64,000 bases of DNA from Bacteroidota bacterium (GTDB lineage Bacteria > Bacteroidota > Bacteroidia > Chitinophagales > Saprospiraceae), in NCBI GenBank assembly GCA_014190515.1, contig BJGN01000001.1, positions 1,630 through 65,629 of the forward strand. Direction: 5' to 3'. Below the pieces are notes generated by a model, which ran no database searches, had not been told where the DNA came from, and saw nothing but the letters and a program-made list of their open reading frames with translations. Made by a program: the position numbers and the translations under genes. Shown here in pieces: positions 37,672 to 47,308 of this stretch (the stretch's first letter is position 1; the number at the start of each line of letters is the position of its first letter).

Positions 37672-38309
37672 AATATAGCTTTGTAGGGAGAAATTAAGTC
37701 CGCAATTTCACTGATAATCATCGCCGTGGCACCCCAGATTATCTTTTCCTTTATGTTAAAACAGGGAACATCATTCAACACAAAATCCTTATGGATTTGA
37801 ATATCTGATAATTTCTGATGTTGTGGGTTTAACAAATCGAGGATGGGGATTTCTATAATTTCCTTTACTTCTGACCATTGAGGCTTAAAAATAGGCGCAA
37901 AATTCATCATGCCAATAAATGGAAAAACATGAAAATTACTGACGGAAATATAAAGAGGCGTTAATGATCCGAGTATTTGTATGTTGTGAGAGAAAACCCC
38001 AATTTCTTCTTGCGTCTCTCTGATGGCTGTGCTCGTCAAATCAGTATCGATAGCATCAAATTTTCCCCCTGGAAATGATATTTGACCCTTGTGTTGATCT
38101 CTGGCATCAAATGATTGTCGTTCTATGAGAACTATTTGCCATTCACCCTCTTTTGGATAAAAAAGAGCCATGACACCAGCCAATTTTGCATTTTCCGGAG
38201 GAAACTCCAAAGAACGATGAGGGTGAATCATTTTTCTATGAGCCGTTGATCCAGGTAAAGAGCCAATGGATAGCTTCTCAGTTAAATCCCTTACCCAGTC
38301 CGTTTTCAT
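37668..38309 (-). CDS. NUDIX hydrolase, CoA pyrophosphatase-like
   Basis: Nudix box GGKFDAIDTDLTSTAIRETQEEIGV, preceded by VLIERQSFDARDQHKGQISFPGG, which resembles the CoA-pyrophosphatase signature. Confidence 0.75.
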   Translation of the reverse strand: MKTDWVRDLTEKLSIGSLPGSTAHRKMIHPHRSLEFPPENAKLAGVMALFYPKEGEWQIVLIERQSFDARDQHKGQISFPGGKFDAIDTDLTSTAIRETQEEIGVFSHNIQILGSLTPLYISVSNFHVFPFIGMMNFAPIFKPQWSEVKEIIEIPILDLLNPQHQKLSDIQIHKDFVLNDVPCFNIKEKIIWGATAMIISEIADLISPYKAIL

Positions 38310-38320
38310 GGAAATAGTAA

Positions 38321-39139
38321 TTACCCGACGACCCTATTAGATTTTTGAAGATATTGATCTAAAGCGGCTGTCATAGAAGGTGAAACATCAGATGGTGCCT
38401 GAATATTTACCACTAATCTTCTTTCCTCCACTGCCCTTCTGGTAGAATTTCCAAATACGGCAATCCTGGTATTATTTTGCTTGAAGTCTGGAAAATTATC
38501 GTAAAGAGATTCAATTCCCTGAGGACTAAAAAACACCAGAATGTCGTAGGTAACGTCGCTTAAATCAGACAAATCAGAACTCACTGTGTTAAACATAACA
38601 GCTTCTTGCCAGTCCAGCTCATTTTCATCTAAATATTTACAAACATCTTTTGCCCCAAGATTAGAACAGGGGACTAGAAATTTTTCTGTTTTATTTCGTT
38701 TGATTGCTTGACTTAAATCCTCAATTCCACGATTTCCAACAAAAACTTTCCTTTTTCGATAGACTATGAATTTTTGAAGGTAATTAGCAATAGCCTCAGT
38801 TAAACAAAAATATTTTAAGTCTAAAGATAATTTAACCCTCATTTCTTCAGCCATTCGGAAGAAATGATCTACCGAATTTTTACTGGTTAGTACCACGGCA
38901 GAAAAATCTTCAATACGAACTTTACATTTCCTGAAATCTCTTGCCGGAACAGGTTCTACGTGAATGAAAGACCTCCAGTCAATGGTAATATTATATTTTT
39001 TCTCCAATTCATAATAAGGAGATTTGTCAGCAGGTTTAGGTTGCGAAACCAAAATACACTTGACCTCCCTATAACCTTCAACAAACATTTCATTCATTGT
39101 TGGTTCCGAATTAGCATTTATTATCTGATCTGTGTTCAT
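38321..39139 (-). CDS. HEM4-domain protein (annotated in relatives as uroporphyrinogen-III synthase)
   Basis: Pattern ILVSQPKP...SPYYELEKKYNITIDWRSFIHVEPV...AVVLTSKNSVDHFF...LVFFSPQGIESL matches the two-lobe HemD-like fold as I remember it from Bacteroidota. No other heme genes are in the window. Confidence 0.55.
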   Translation of the reverse strand: MNTDQIINANSEPTMNEMFVEGYREVKCILVSQPKPADKSPYYELEKKYNITIDWRSFIHVEPVPARDFRKCKVRIEDFSAVVLTSKNSVDHFFRMAEEMRVKLSLDLKYFCLTEAIANYLQKFIVYRKRKVFVGNRGIEDLSQAIKRNKTEKFLVPCSNLGAKDVCKYLDENELDWQEAVMFNTVSSDLSDLSDVTYDILVFFSPQGIESLYDNFPDFKQNNTRIAVFGNSTRRAVEERRLVVNIQAPSDVSPSMTAALDQYLQKSNRVVG

Positions 39140-39145
39140 CCGTTT

Positions 39146-40033
39146 TTATAAGGAATTGAAAATCAATTTTACCATAATAAGAACTGGTGCAATTTCAACA
39201 GTGCAAATATACAATAAAAAGTGGAACTGATGCGAACCAATAAATCTTACACCCAGGGTTAGTCCTCTTAAATAATGGTATAATAAAATGAGGCCCAGAA
39301 AACCTAAGGTACCTAAAATGAATATTTGCTTCCATTCTTCATTCAAATAGGGTAAGAATATATTCATGGGGGCAATCAATAAACCCATTGAAATCCCCGT
39401 GACAACCATTAAAAACTGGTATCTATCCATTTCCTTTTTAATGGGAAATACAAATCCGATAAACGTCAGTAATAAATGTCTTAATCCTAAAAATATGAAG
39501 GGTAAAAAAAACACACCGAAATAATTTGGCTTAAAATTAGAATGCGTGCTATCCAAAAGGACGGGCATTGCAAGATGAAAAAATATACCCAAATTTATGC
39601 TAAAGAAAATATATAACAAAAGGTAGGGTAGAATACCTCTACCTGACATTTCCCGATATAAAAAATTAAATAAATTCTCTGTACCCAATGCACCTACAGA
39701 AGCAATAGCAAAAGATCGTAGAAAGGTAAGTAAAAGTGCCAGAAGCAATAAAAGCGTGATTAACAAAAAAAAATTAGTTGATTGTTCTGTCAACAATGGC
39801 TTTACTATTATTTCTTCCGTTGGCCCTTCTTTTACAGGATTCAACTTATCAAATGGATTATCAGAAACCTTTTTTACCGATTCTTTGTAACCTTCTCTAT
39901 AAGTTAGTTCAAAAGGGTTTTGCTCTTGAGCAAAAGAATATACCCCTTGCGAAAACAAAAGATAGGAAAAAAGCAAGATTAAAAAAATCGGTCGTATTTT
40001 GCCCAAAATCCTTTTTTTTTGCAAAATTAACAA
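39146..40033 (-). CDS. Multi-pass membrane protein, DUF4271-like
   Basis: Signal/TM N-terminus followed by about 6 TM segments. It sits immediately upstream of the HEM4-domain gene, an arrangement I recall as common in Bacteroidota. The family call is from memory only. Confidence 0.45.
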   Translation of the reverse strand: MLILQKKRILGKIRPIFLILLFSYLLFSQGVYSFAQEQNPFELTYREGYKESVKKVSDNPFDKLNPVKEGPTEEIIVKPLLTEQSTNFFLLITLLLLLALLLTFLRSFAIASVGALGTENLFNFLYREMSGRGILPYLLLYIFFSINLGIFFHLAMPVLLDSTHSNFKPNYFGVFFLPFIFLGLRHLLLTFIGFVFPIKKEMDRYQFLMVVTGISMGLLIAPMNIFLPYLNEEWKQIFILGTLGFLGLILLYHYLRGLTLGVRFIGSHQFHFLLYICTVEIAPVLIMVKLIFNSL

Positions 40034-40057
40034 TTTTATGGTTAAAAAATAAAATCA

Positions 40058-41338
40058 ATGCGAGACCTTCAAGTCATTAGAATTGTTTGGCTGGGTTTAA
40101 TAGCCATTGTTGGCATTTTAGCCGTTCAAACCTATTGGGGAATTACGACCTGGACAGCAAACGAATCAGATGTAAATCAAAAAATTCATTTAGCTCTTCA
40201 CAGGGTAGCTGAATCATTAGCTGTGGCTAATGGGACTGTTTTGCCCACAGGCAATATTATTCGCAAGCGAAGTGCCAATTATTATCTCGTAAATATTGCT
40301 TACGAAATTGATGCCAATTTGCTTGAATTTTATCTCCGAAAAGAACTGGAAGCATTAACGGTTAACCTTGATTTTGAATATGCCATTTTTGATTGTAGCA
40401 CCGATGAAATGGTGTATGGGGCTTATTGTGCCTATGAGCCGGCAAAAAAAGCTCCCGAAATAAGCAAATCTATGCCTGGATATCACGCATTTACCTATTA
40501 TTTTGCTGTTAAATTTCCCGGTAGATCCAGTTTTTTATGGGGTCAATTTCAAGTCGTTCTCTTCTTTTCCGTTATTCTTTTTGTTACCATAATCTTCTTT
40601 TCTTATTCTCTTTTTGTTATTGTCAGGCAAAAATGGCTATTCGAACAACAAAAAGATTTTATAAACAACATGACCCATGAATTCAAAACACCCATTGCTT
40701 CCATTCAAATTGCCACTGACTATTTTTTAAACCACCAACGAATAAAAGAAAACGAGCGACTCCTAAGATATTCAAAAATAATAAAAGACCAAAATTTACG
40801 TTTAAATGAGCATATTGAAAGGCTTCTTCAGTTAGCCAGATTTGAAAACAATGGTTTCAATCTAAAACTGGAAACCATCCAAATTATTCCTTTTCTGAAA
40901 GATATTGTAAGTGCAGAATCAATCAGATTTCAAAATTTGGGCGGCACACTGGTCTTTGAACATTCATTAGATGATATAGACATTGTTGCTGACAAATTTC
41001 ATTTGACCAATACCTTAAGTAGTCTTCTTGATAATGCAGCGAAATTTTCCACAAAGGAAGTTTATGCTTTACTAAAGGTAGAAAAAATGAAACAAATGCT
41101 TATTATAAGTATCATTGATCAGGGTATTGGCATTCCAAAAGATTTTAAGGACAAAGTTTTCGACAAATTTTTTCGTGTGCCTACCCAAGCCATTTCTGAG
41201 GTAAAAGGCTTTGGTATAGGCCTTTATTACGTAAAAGAGGTTTGTAAGGCGCATAAATGGAAAATTAATATAAGAAGCCGCTTTCCGCTGGATGGCACCG
41301 AAATAAATCTGTTAATCCCTTTAAAATCAAATATATGA
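40058..41338 (+). CDS. Sensor histidine kinase (two TM segments, periplasmic loop of about 130 aa)
   Basis: H box MTHEFKTPIASI, N box LLDNAAKFS, G1 DQGIGIP, G2 GFGIGL. Confidence 0.9.
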   Translation: MRDLQVIRIVWLGLIAIVGILAVQTYWGITTWTANESDVNQKIHLALHRVAESLAVANGTVLPTGNIIRKRSANYYLVNIAYEIDANLLEFYLRKELEALTVNLDFEYAIFDCSTDEMVYGAYCAYEPAKKAPEISKSMPGYHAFTYYFAVKFPGRSSFLWGQFQVVLFFSVILFVTIIFFSYSLFVIVRQKWLFEQQKDFINNMTHEFKTPIASIQIATDYFLNHQRIKENERLLRYSKIIKDQNLRLNEHIERLLQLARFENNGFNLKLETIQIIPFLKDIVSAESIRFQNLGGTLVFEHSLDDIDIVADKFHLTNTLSSLLDNAAKFSTKEVYALLKVEKMKQMLIISIIDQGIGIPKDFKDKVFDKFFRVPTQAISEVKGFGIGLYYVKEVCKAHKWKINIRSRFPLDGTEINLLIPLKSNI

Positions 41339-42027
41339 AGCCCAAAATTTTGTATGTTGAAGACGATGAATCTCTGGGTCTTTTAACCGCAGACCAACTT
41401 GAAGATGCTGGGTATGATATACGATGGTTAAAAACAGGCACCGAAGCGGGTACCTTAAAAGAGTTTAATTCTTTTGACCTGGCCATCCTGGATATTAATC
41501 TTCCTGGAATGAACGGTTTTGAGTTAGCCTCAAAAATTAGAACACACTCCGAGTCTATTCCCATTTTATTTTTAAGTGCACGCTCCCTTTCTGAAGACAG
41601 AATACACGGATTACAGATTGGCGCCGACGATTATTTGATAAAGCCATTTCAAATCAAAGAACTGCTTTTAAAAATTCACATTTTTTTAAAAAGAAAGGCA
41701 ATACAAAAAGAAACTGACGCATCTGAAGTTATTCAGATTGGGCACTTCAAGCTGGATAAAAAAAATCTTTCTCTTCTTTCTGTAGATGGGGCCAGCAAAA
41801 GAATGACAAGTAAAGAAGCTGAACTATTAAATTATTTGGCCAGACATGCTAATCAACTCATTAAACGATCTCAATTGTTAATTGACGTCTGGGGAAATGA
41901 TGATTATTTTTTGGGCCGAAGTATGGACGTCTTCATTTCAAGACTAAGAAAATACCTAGCCGCCGATACCCGTATTAAGATTGAGGCCATCCACGGGGTA
42001 GGTTTTCAATTTATTTGTCCTGAATAA
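41335..42027 (+). CDS. OmpR/PhoB-type response regulator
   Basis: Receiver ILYVEDDE, phospho-acceptor in LAILDINLPGMNG, LIKPF, and a winged-helix output LTSKEAELLNYLA. ATGA overlap with the kinase gene. Confidence 0.9.
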   Translation: MKPKILYVEDDESLGLLTADQLEDAGYDIRWLKTGTEAGTLKEFNSFDLAILDINLPGMNGFELASKIRTHSESIPILFLSARSLSEDRIHGLQIGADDYLIKPFQIKELLLKIHIFLKRKAIQKETDASEVIQIGHFKLDKKNLSLLSVDGASKRMTSKEAELLNYLARHANQLIKRSQLLIDVWGNDDYFLGRSMDVFISRLRKYLAADTRIKIEAIHGVGFQFICPE

Positions 42028-42206
42028 ATAGTTTCCTCTGATTATTTTTACAATCTTTACAAGTAATTAGGTAAAGATTTGCGAAAAAAAAACACTCTGA
42101 CTTTTAGATTAAGCGCAGAAACTGTATTTTTGCACGCCTTGACCAATTTTCACAAATTTTTGGTTTAGCAATTGAATTTTTAAGACAAAAAACAATACCG
42201 ATAAAC

Positions 42207-44315
42207 ATGGCATTGATTAGTAAAATCAGACAACAAGGTAGTTGGATATTAATTATCCTGATAGCTTTGGGCTTAGGTGGCTTCATTCTAATGGATATGA
42301 CGTCTGGGCAAACAAGTGTATTTGGCAGTTCACAACCTGTACTGGCTAAAATTAACGGTCAAAAAATTGACGTAAATGAATTTAACAGAACGGAAAGTAT
42401 TTTATACTCAGGTTCTACCAGTGATGTTTTCGCACGTAGAGAAAATATTTGGAATTATTTCGTTGAAAAAATCTTGATTTCTGAGCAAACAGACAAATTA
42501 GGACTAGGCGTAAGTCGTGCCGAATTGCTTGATTTACAATTTGGTCTTGAACCAAGTCCCGTTATCACTCAGCGTTTTGGCGACCAAACTACCGGCCAGG
42601 TTAACAGGGAGCAGTTAAATCAGGTTCGTCAGATGATAGAATCTAACACCCTTGAGCCACAAATGCGTTCTTATTGGGCTATCCAGGAAGGTGAGGTCAT
42701 CAAAGAAAGACTTCAACGAAAATTAACTTCTTTAGTTGCTAATGGGTTTTACACACCAAACTGGCAGGCTGAATTATTATTCTCGGAAGGTTCTGGATTC
42801 CTAAATTTTGCCTATGTAAAAGTACCATTTGACAATATTGATAATAGCGAAGTTTCTCTTTCTGATCAGGATTACGAAGACTATATTGAAAAAAACAAAA
42901 AGAAATATACAAACAAAGAAGAACGTAGAAAAATAGCTTATGCTATCTATAATGTTTTTCCTTCAAAAGCGGATACGGCAGATATTTATGGTAAAATAAG
43001 TGTTTTGGCTGATCAATTCAGAAGTGCATCTAATGACACTAGCTTTATTGAACAAAACAGAGGGGTGATGTCTCCGATTTATGTAAAGAAATCGGAAATT
43101 AATCCAATATTCGCCGACAGCATTTTTAATTTACCTAAAGGTGGCGTTTTTGGCCCTTACACTGAGTCCGGCGCTTATCGTGTAGTTAAAATGATTGACA
43201 AAAAAGCACTGCCTGATTCTGTTAAATCAAGACATATTCTTATTCAAGCATCTGATGCAAACAGCGCTTTTTTAGCACAAAAAACCATCGACTCTCTTAA
43301 GCAGGTTATCGAGAAAGGAGAGGCTACCTTCGAAGCTATGGCCGCTCAATTTGGTAGCGATGCAACGTCAACCAAAGGTGGTGACTTAGGTTATGCAGCT
43401 CCTGGACAGATGGTTGCAGAATATAATGATTTGATTTTCTTTCAGGCTGAATCTGGTAAGTTATACACTGTAACTACTCAATTCGGTGTGCACCTTGTAG
43501 AAGTAACTGGTAAGAAATTCGATAAAAATGAGATTGGCATCAGAATTGCTTCGCTCGTTTCTAACATTATTCCATCTGAAGCTACCCAAAAAGATGCTTA
43601 CAATAGAGTTTCGATTATACTAAATAAAAGTAAATCAGTAGCAGACTTAAAAGCAAACCTTGCAAAAAATAAGGATATTAAACTAGAAACATCTACTCCT
43701 ATGGGTAAGAATGAGTTCTTCTTGGGACCTTTAGGCGCAGGGGTACAATCACGTGATATCATTCGTTGGGCATTCGACGCTGATTTAGAATCTGTTTCTC
43801 CACAAGTTTATGTTTACAGAGATGAGAATCTTTATTTTGACAATAAATATGTACTTGTTGGTTTAGAAGATGTCATTGAGGAAGGATTACCAGCGGTTGA
43901 AAAAATAAAGAAGGAAATTGAAGCCTTAGTAATTAATGAAAAGAAAGGTGCTTTGATTGCTTCAAAAATGAAAGGGAAATCATTGGAATCATTAGCCAGT
44001 AGCTTCGGAGAGCCAATTGATACAGCGAATGGAATTACCTTTGCCAATCCGGTTATTGCAGGTGTAGGAAGTGAGCCTAAGTTATTAGGTAAGTTATTCC
44101 GCTATAATACAGGTGATATTACTGTCCCCGTAGTAGGAAACTCAGGTGTATATGTGGCAAAAATAATCACCAAAGCGGCGCCTTCAGCAGCTACCGAATT
44201 AGTGACCACAAAGAGAAACCTGGTTTCTACCTATCGTAGTCAGGTTAACAGCAAAATTACGCAGGTACTTAAAGACGGTGCCACTATTAAGGATAATCGC
44301 AGTAAGTTCTTTTAA
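42207..44315 (+). CDS. Membrane-anchored periplasmic chaperone / peptidyl-prolyl isomerase (PpiD/SurA-like)
   Basis: N-terminal TM WILIILIALGLGGFILM and a parvulin domain RHILIQ...GGDLGY...FGVHLVEV. 702 aa. Confidence 0.8.
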   Translation: MALISKIRQQGSWILIILIALGLGGFILMDMTSGQTSVFGSSQPVLAKINGQKIDVNEFNRTESILYSGSTSDVFARRENIWNYFVEKILISEQTDKLGLGVSRAELLDLQFGLEPSPVITQRFGDQTTGQVNREQLNQVRQMIESNTLEPQMRSYWAIQEGEVIKERLQRKLTSLVANGFYTPNWQAELLFSEGSGFLNFAYVKVPFDNIDNSEVSLSDQDYEDYIEKNKKKYTNKEERRKIAYAIYNVFPSKADTADIYGKISVLADQFRSASNDTSFIEQNRGVMSPIYVKKSEINPIFADSIFNLPKGGVFGPYTESGAYRVVKMIDKKALPDSVKSRHILIQASDANSAFLAQKTIDSLKQVIEKGEATFEAMAAQFGSDATSTKGGDLGYAAPGQMVAEYNDLIFFQAESGKLYTVTTQFGVHLVEVTGKKFDKNEIGIRIASLVSNIIPSEATQKDAYNRVSIILNKSKSVADLKANLAKNKDIKLETSTPMGKNEFFLGPLGAGVQSRDIIRWAFDADLESVSPQVYVYRDENLYFDNKYVLVGLEDVIEEGLPAVEKIKKEIEALVINEKKGALIASKMKGKSLESLASSFGEPIDTANGITFANPVIAGVGSEPKLLGKLFRYNTGDITVPVVGNSGVYVAKIITKAAPSAATELVTTKRNLVSTYRSQVNSKITQVLKDGATIKDNRSKFF

Positions 44316-44336
44316 TCATACATAAATACTACTATT

Positions 44337-44459
44337 ATGTCATCAGTAAAAAACGCAGGAAAAAAGGGATATTTTATGTTGTATTTCTTTATAACATTAG
44401 TGCTTTTTTTCTCACTGGTAGTTTACATATACCGATATAATCAATTAGGATTAGAATAG
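44337..44459 (+). CDS. Candidate 40-aa single-pass membrane protein (below the ORF-track cutoff)
   Basis: Manual translation gives MSSVKNAGKKGYFMLYFFITLVLFFSLVVYIYRYNQLGLE, with a basic N-terminus followed by a hydrophobic helix of about 20 residues. It starts 21 nt after the PpiD-like stop and ends 11 nt before the terminator stem. Confidence 0.4.
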   Translation: MSSVKNAGKKGYFMLYFFITLVLFFSLVVYIYRYNQLGLE

Positions 44460-44465
44460 GTGATT

Positions 44466-44504
44466 AAAAAAGCCGGTAAGAAAAATTCTTACCGGCTTTT
44501 TTTT
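44466..44504. terminator. Bidirectional intrinsic terminator
   Basis: Perfect 10-bp stem AGCCGGTAAG / CTTACCGGCT (44471-44480 / 44488-44497) and a 7-nt loop. It is flanked by an A5 run upstream and a T7 run downstream, between convergent genes. Confidence 0.85.
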
Positions 44505-46320
44505 AATCCTTGTAAATCTGTTGAATCTCTTCAGAATATTTATCTAAAATTACCCTTCTTTTTAGTTTCATCGTAGGCGTCAATTCCGATTCTGTACCAT
44601 CCTTTTTAACAGGTTCCCAAGGATCAGTCAATAATTTAAATTTCTTAACCTGATCAATATGAGCGAACTCTTGGTTCATTTCATCAATAATTGATTGAAA
44701 AAGGTTAATAATTTCAGTCTTTTGAACCATGTCTGACAAATTGGTCCAGGTCAAATCGTTATTTCCGCACCAATCTCTTAAAGCCTCCTCTGCCGGAACG
44801 ATTAGCGCTGACACAAATTTTTGACTATCACCCACGACCATCATTTGTTCAATAAGGAAAGATTCCTTAAACTTATTTTCAATAGGAGCAGGAGCTACAT
44901 ATTTACCACCTGAAGTTTTCAATAGCTCTTTTTTCCTATCGGTAATTTTAAGAAACGCTCCCCCTTCAGGCCCTTCAATAAATTTACCAACATCTCCGGT
45001 ACAGAACCAGGATTTTCCATCAATCACTTTAGTAACCGCAGCGGTTGCCTCTGGTTTATTATAATAGCCCATCATGATATTTGGACCTGAAGCTAATATT
45101 TCGCCTTCATTTTCTCTATAATTACCGTCGGAGGAATCTATAAAAATCTCTACCCCTGGAATGGCTTTTCCCACGGTACCCAAAAGCGCACCTCCTTTTT
45201 CAAACGTACTCGCTGTTAACACAGGAGAAGTTTCTGTAAGACCATACCCCTCTCTGATGGGAACGCCGGCGGCAGAAAACACCTGAGCTATTCTTAAAGG
45301 ACAAGGTGCTGCACCGGTAACAATACCTTTAACATTTCCACCTAAGGCCTCTCTCCATTTACTAAAAATAAGTTTATCAGCTATCTTTCCCTTAAATCCA
45401 CTAATAGGTTTATGGTAAGCATAATCTTCTGTCAGGGAAAGAGCCCAGAAGAACAATTTTTTCTTCACTCCCGTTAGAGCCAGACCCTTATTATAAATTT
45501 TCTCATATACCTTTTCCAATAATCGGGGAACGGTGGTAAAGAAATGGGGTTGAACCGTTTTCAAATCTCCTTCATCACCCCCTAAATTATCTGTACCTGT
45601 AAAAATGATAGAAACGCCCCTAAACTGGTAATGATATGAAGCGGCTCTTTCAAAAATATGGCAAATAGGAAGGAAGCTTAACACTTTATCTCCATTTTGA
45701 ACAGGAATAATAGCTGCTGCAGCCTCCACATTGGAAATAATATTGTGGTGTGAAAGCATTACCCCTTTTGGAACACCCGTTGTACCTGATGTGTAGATAA
45801 TGGTTGATAAATCTTCCGCTTTAACCTCATTTTTCAAGCCTTCCAAGCGATCCATTCCCTCATCCGTCAGAATATCCTTCCAAAATGGACGGCCGTCCTG
45901 TGGGTCGAAGGTATAAATTTCTTTAAGGGAGGGGACCTCTTTTTGCGCTATACTCACCTTGTCATAAAGGTCTAATTTTCCAACAAAACAAATTTTTGTT
46001 TCGGAGTCATTAAAAATATAAACGTATTCGTTACTACTAATAGTAGGATAAACAGGGACGTTTATTGCTCCAATTTGCTGAACTGCGATGTCAAGAATAA
46101 CCCATTCTGGTCGATTTTGATACACGGCAACACCGATTTTATCTCCCTTTCCAACGCCCAATTTCAATAAACCGCAGCTCAGTTTATTTGCTAAATCAAC
46201 TACTTCCTTCGTGGAAAGGAAATCGAACACACCTTGTTCGTTTTTGGCACCCATACATCGCTCCAATGGATAATGTGCCATTTGATAATGAATGTAATCA
46301 AATAATCTGGTTGGCTTCAT
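44503..46320 (-). CDS. Long-chain fatty acid--CoA ligase (AMP-forming)
   Basis: AMP-binding IYTSGTTGVPKG, GYGLTETSP, TGDVG, and C-terminal LTPTMKLKR. The internal ATG (MKPTRLFDY) at 46320 is preferred over the track start. Confidence 0.85.
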   Translation of the reverse strand: MKPTRLFDYIHYQMAHYPLERCMGAKNEQGVFDFLSTKEVVDLANKLSCGLLKLGVGKGDKIGVAVYQNRPEWVILDIAVQQIGAINVPVYPTISSNEYVYIFNDSETKICFVGKLDLYDKVSIAQKEVPSLKEIYTFDPQDGRPFWKDILTDEGMDRLEGLKNEVKAEDLSTIIYTSGTTGVPKGVMLSHHNIISNVEAAAAIIPVQNGDKVLSFLPICHIFERAASYHYQFRGVSIIFTGTDNLGGDEGDLKTVQPHFFTTVPRLLEKVYEKIYNKGLALTGVKKKLFFWALSLTEDYAYHKPISGFKGKIADKLIFSKWREALGGNVKGIVTGAAPCPLRIAQVFSAAGVPIREGYGLTETSPVLTASTFEKGGALLGTVGKAIPGVEIFIDSSDGNYRENEGEILASGPNIMMGYYNKPEATAAVTKVIDGKSWFCTGDVGKFIEGPEGGAFLKITDRKKELLKTSGGKYVAPAPIENKFKESFLIEQMMVVGDSQKFVSALIVPAEEALRDWCGNNDLTWTNLSDMVQKTEIINLFQSIIDEMNQEFAHIDQVKKFKLLTDPWEPVKKDGTESELTPTMKLKRRVILDKYSEEIQQIYKD

Positions 46321-46414
46321 CTGATATAAATTTCCGATTTTATGAATTAAGATTGTAATATTCTGTACAATCATTAAAAATAACATAAAATTCTGAAAAA
46401 ATCAGTGGAATCTA

Positions 46415-47308
46415 TTATGCATTTATTTCTTGTTCTGAAATTATATGTATCAGTTGCTCAAGACTTTGAACTCTGTGAATATTTTTACCGTGTTCTATAG
46501 ATTGTGCGTTAACCTGGTACCCACTTAATAAAATTTGACAATTAAATATTTCATTCGATAAATTATTAACATACTGTTGTATAGATACCGTTTCGAAGGA
46601 CGAGGTTATCATGGTACAAATATAGTCTGGCTTTACTATTCCACAGGCTACTTTTAATTCAGCTATAGAAATATCATTCCCCAAATAAACAACTCTATAA
46701 TTTCTGACCCTTAACATGAACTGTATAAATAACAAGCTAAGCTCTTGTTTTTCACCTTCTGGCAGATAAAGAATACACTTTTTACCCGTTGTATGCTCAG
46801 AGGGTTGAAGCTGGTCAATGGCCGCAATAATTTTTTGTCTTATTAAAAAACTGATAAAATTTTCTTGTACGGGGCTAATTGAACCTGTCAACCAGAGAAT
46901 ACTAAGTTTATCCAGGAAAGGATAAATAAGCTCGGTCATAGCACGTTCAAAACCGAGTTGTTGGATGTGCGTGTTGAAAATCTTATCAAACTTCAACTCA
47001 TCCATTTCAATCATGGCAATCGTTAAAGCATCCAAATGCGCCCCATAAGAAATATCGATGGAAGAGAGCGCAGCAGCAGTTTCATTTATTTCATCAGGTT
47101 GCATTTGAGCTATTCTTGAAATTTTATGACCATTTTTATTTAAAATGGCAATATTCAACAATTGCTTTAAATCATCATCCTGGTAATATCTAATATTGGA
47201 CTGCGTCCTTTTGGGTGTAATTACCCCATATCGTTGTTCCCAAATACGGATAGTGTGTGCCTTGACACCCGTAAGTTTTTCCAAATCAACAATAGAATAT
47301 ACAGCCAA
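46415..47308 (-). CDS. MerR-family regulator with a CarH/LitR-like B12-binding-domain architecture but substituted cofactor-ligand motifs
   Basis: MerR HTH IVDLEKLTGVKAHTIRIWEQRYG. The helical bundle has W-x9-E-N in place of Wx9EH. The Rossmann-like module ILYLPEGEKQELSLLF...VVYLGNDIS has E-K-Q-E-L-S in place of ExHxxG. Confidence 0.7.
   Translation of the reverse strand: MAVYSIVDLEKLTGVKAHTIRIWEQRYGVITPKRTQSNIRYYQDDDLKQLLNIAILNKNGHKISRIAQMQPDEINETAAALSSIDISYGAHLDALTIAMIEMDELKFDKIFNTHIQQLGFERAMTELIYPFLDKLSILWLTGSISPVQENFISFLIRQKIIAAIDQLQPSEHTTGKKCILYLPEGEKQELSLLFIQFMLRVRNYRVVYLGNDISIAELKVACGIVKPDYICTMITSSFETVSIQQYVNNLSNEIFNCQILLSGYQVNAQSIEHGKNIHRVQSLEQLIHIISEQEINA

Noticed and set aside
41265-41564. 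99-aa minus-strand ORF across the kinase/response-regulator junction
   Set aside because: It is antisense to two translationally coupled genes that have unambiguous His-kinase and receiver motifs.
42052-42079. 9-bp AT-rich stem AATCTTTAC/GTAAAGATT after the response-regulator gene as a terminator
   Set aside because: The stem is weak and all-AT apart from two pairs, and it is followed by an A-run rather than a U-run in the transcribed direction. I did not annotate it.
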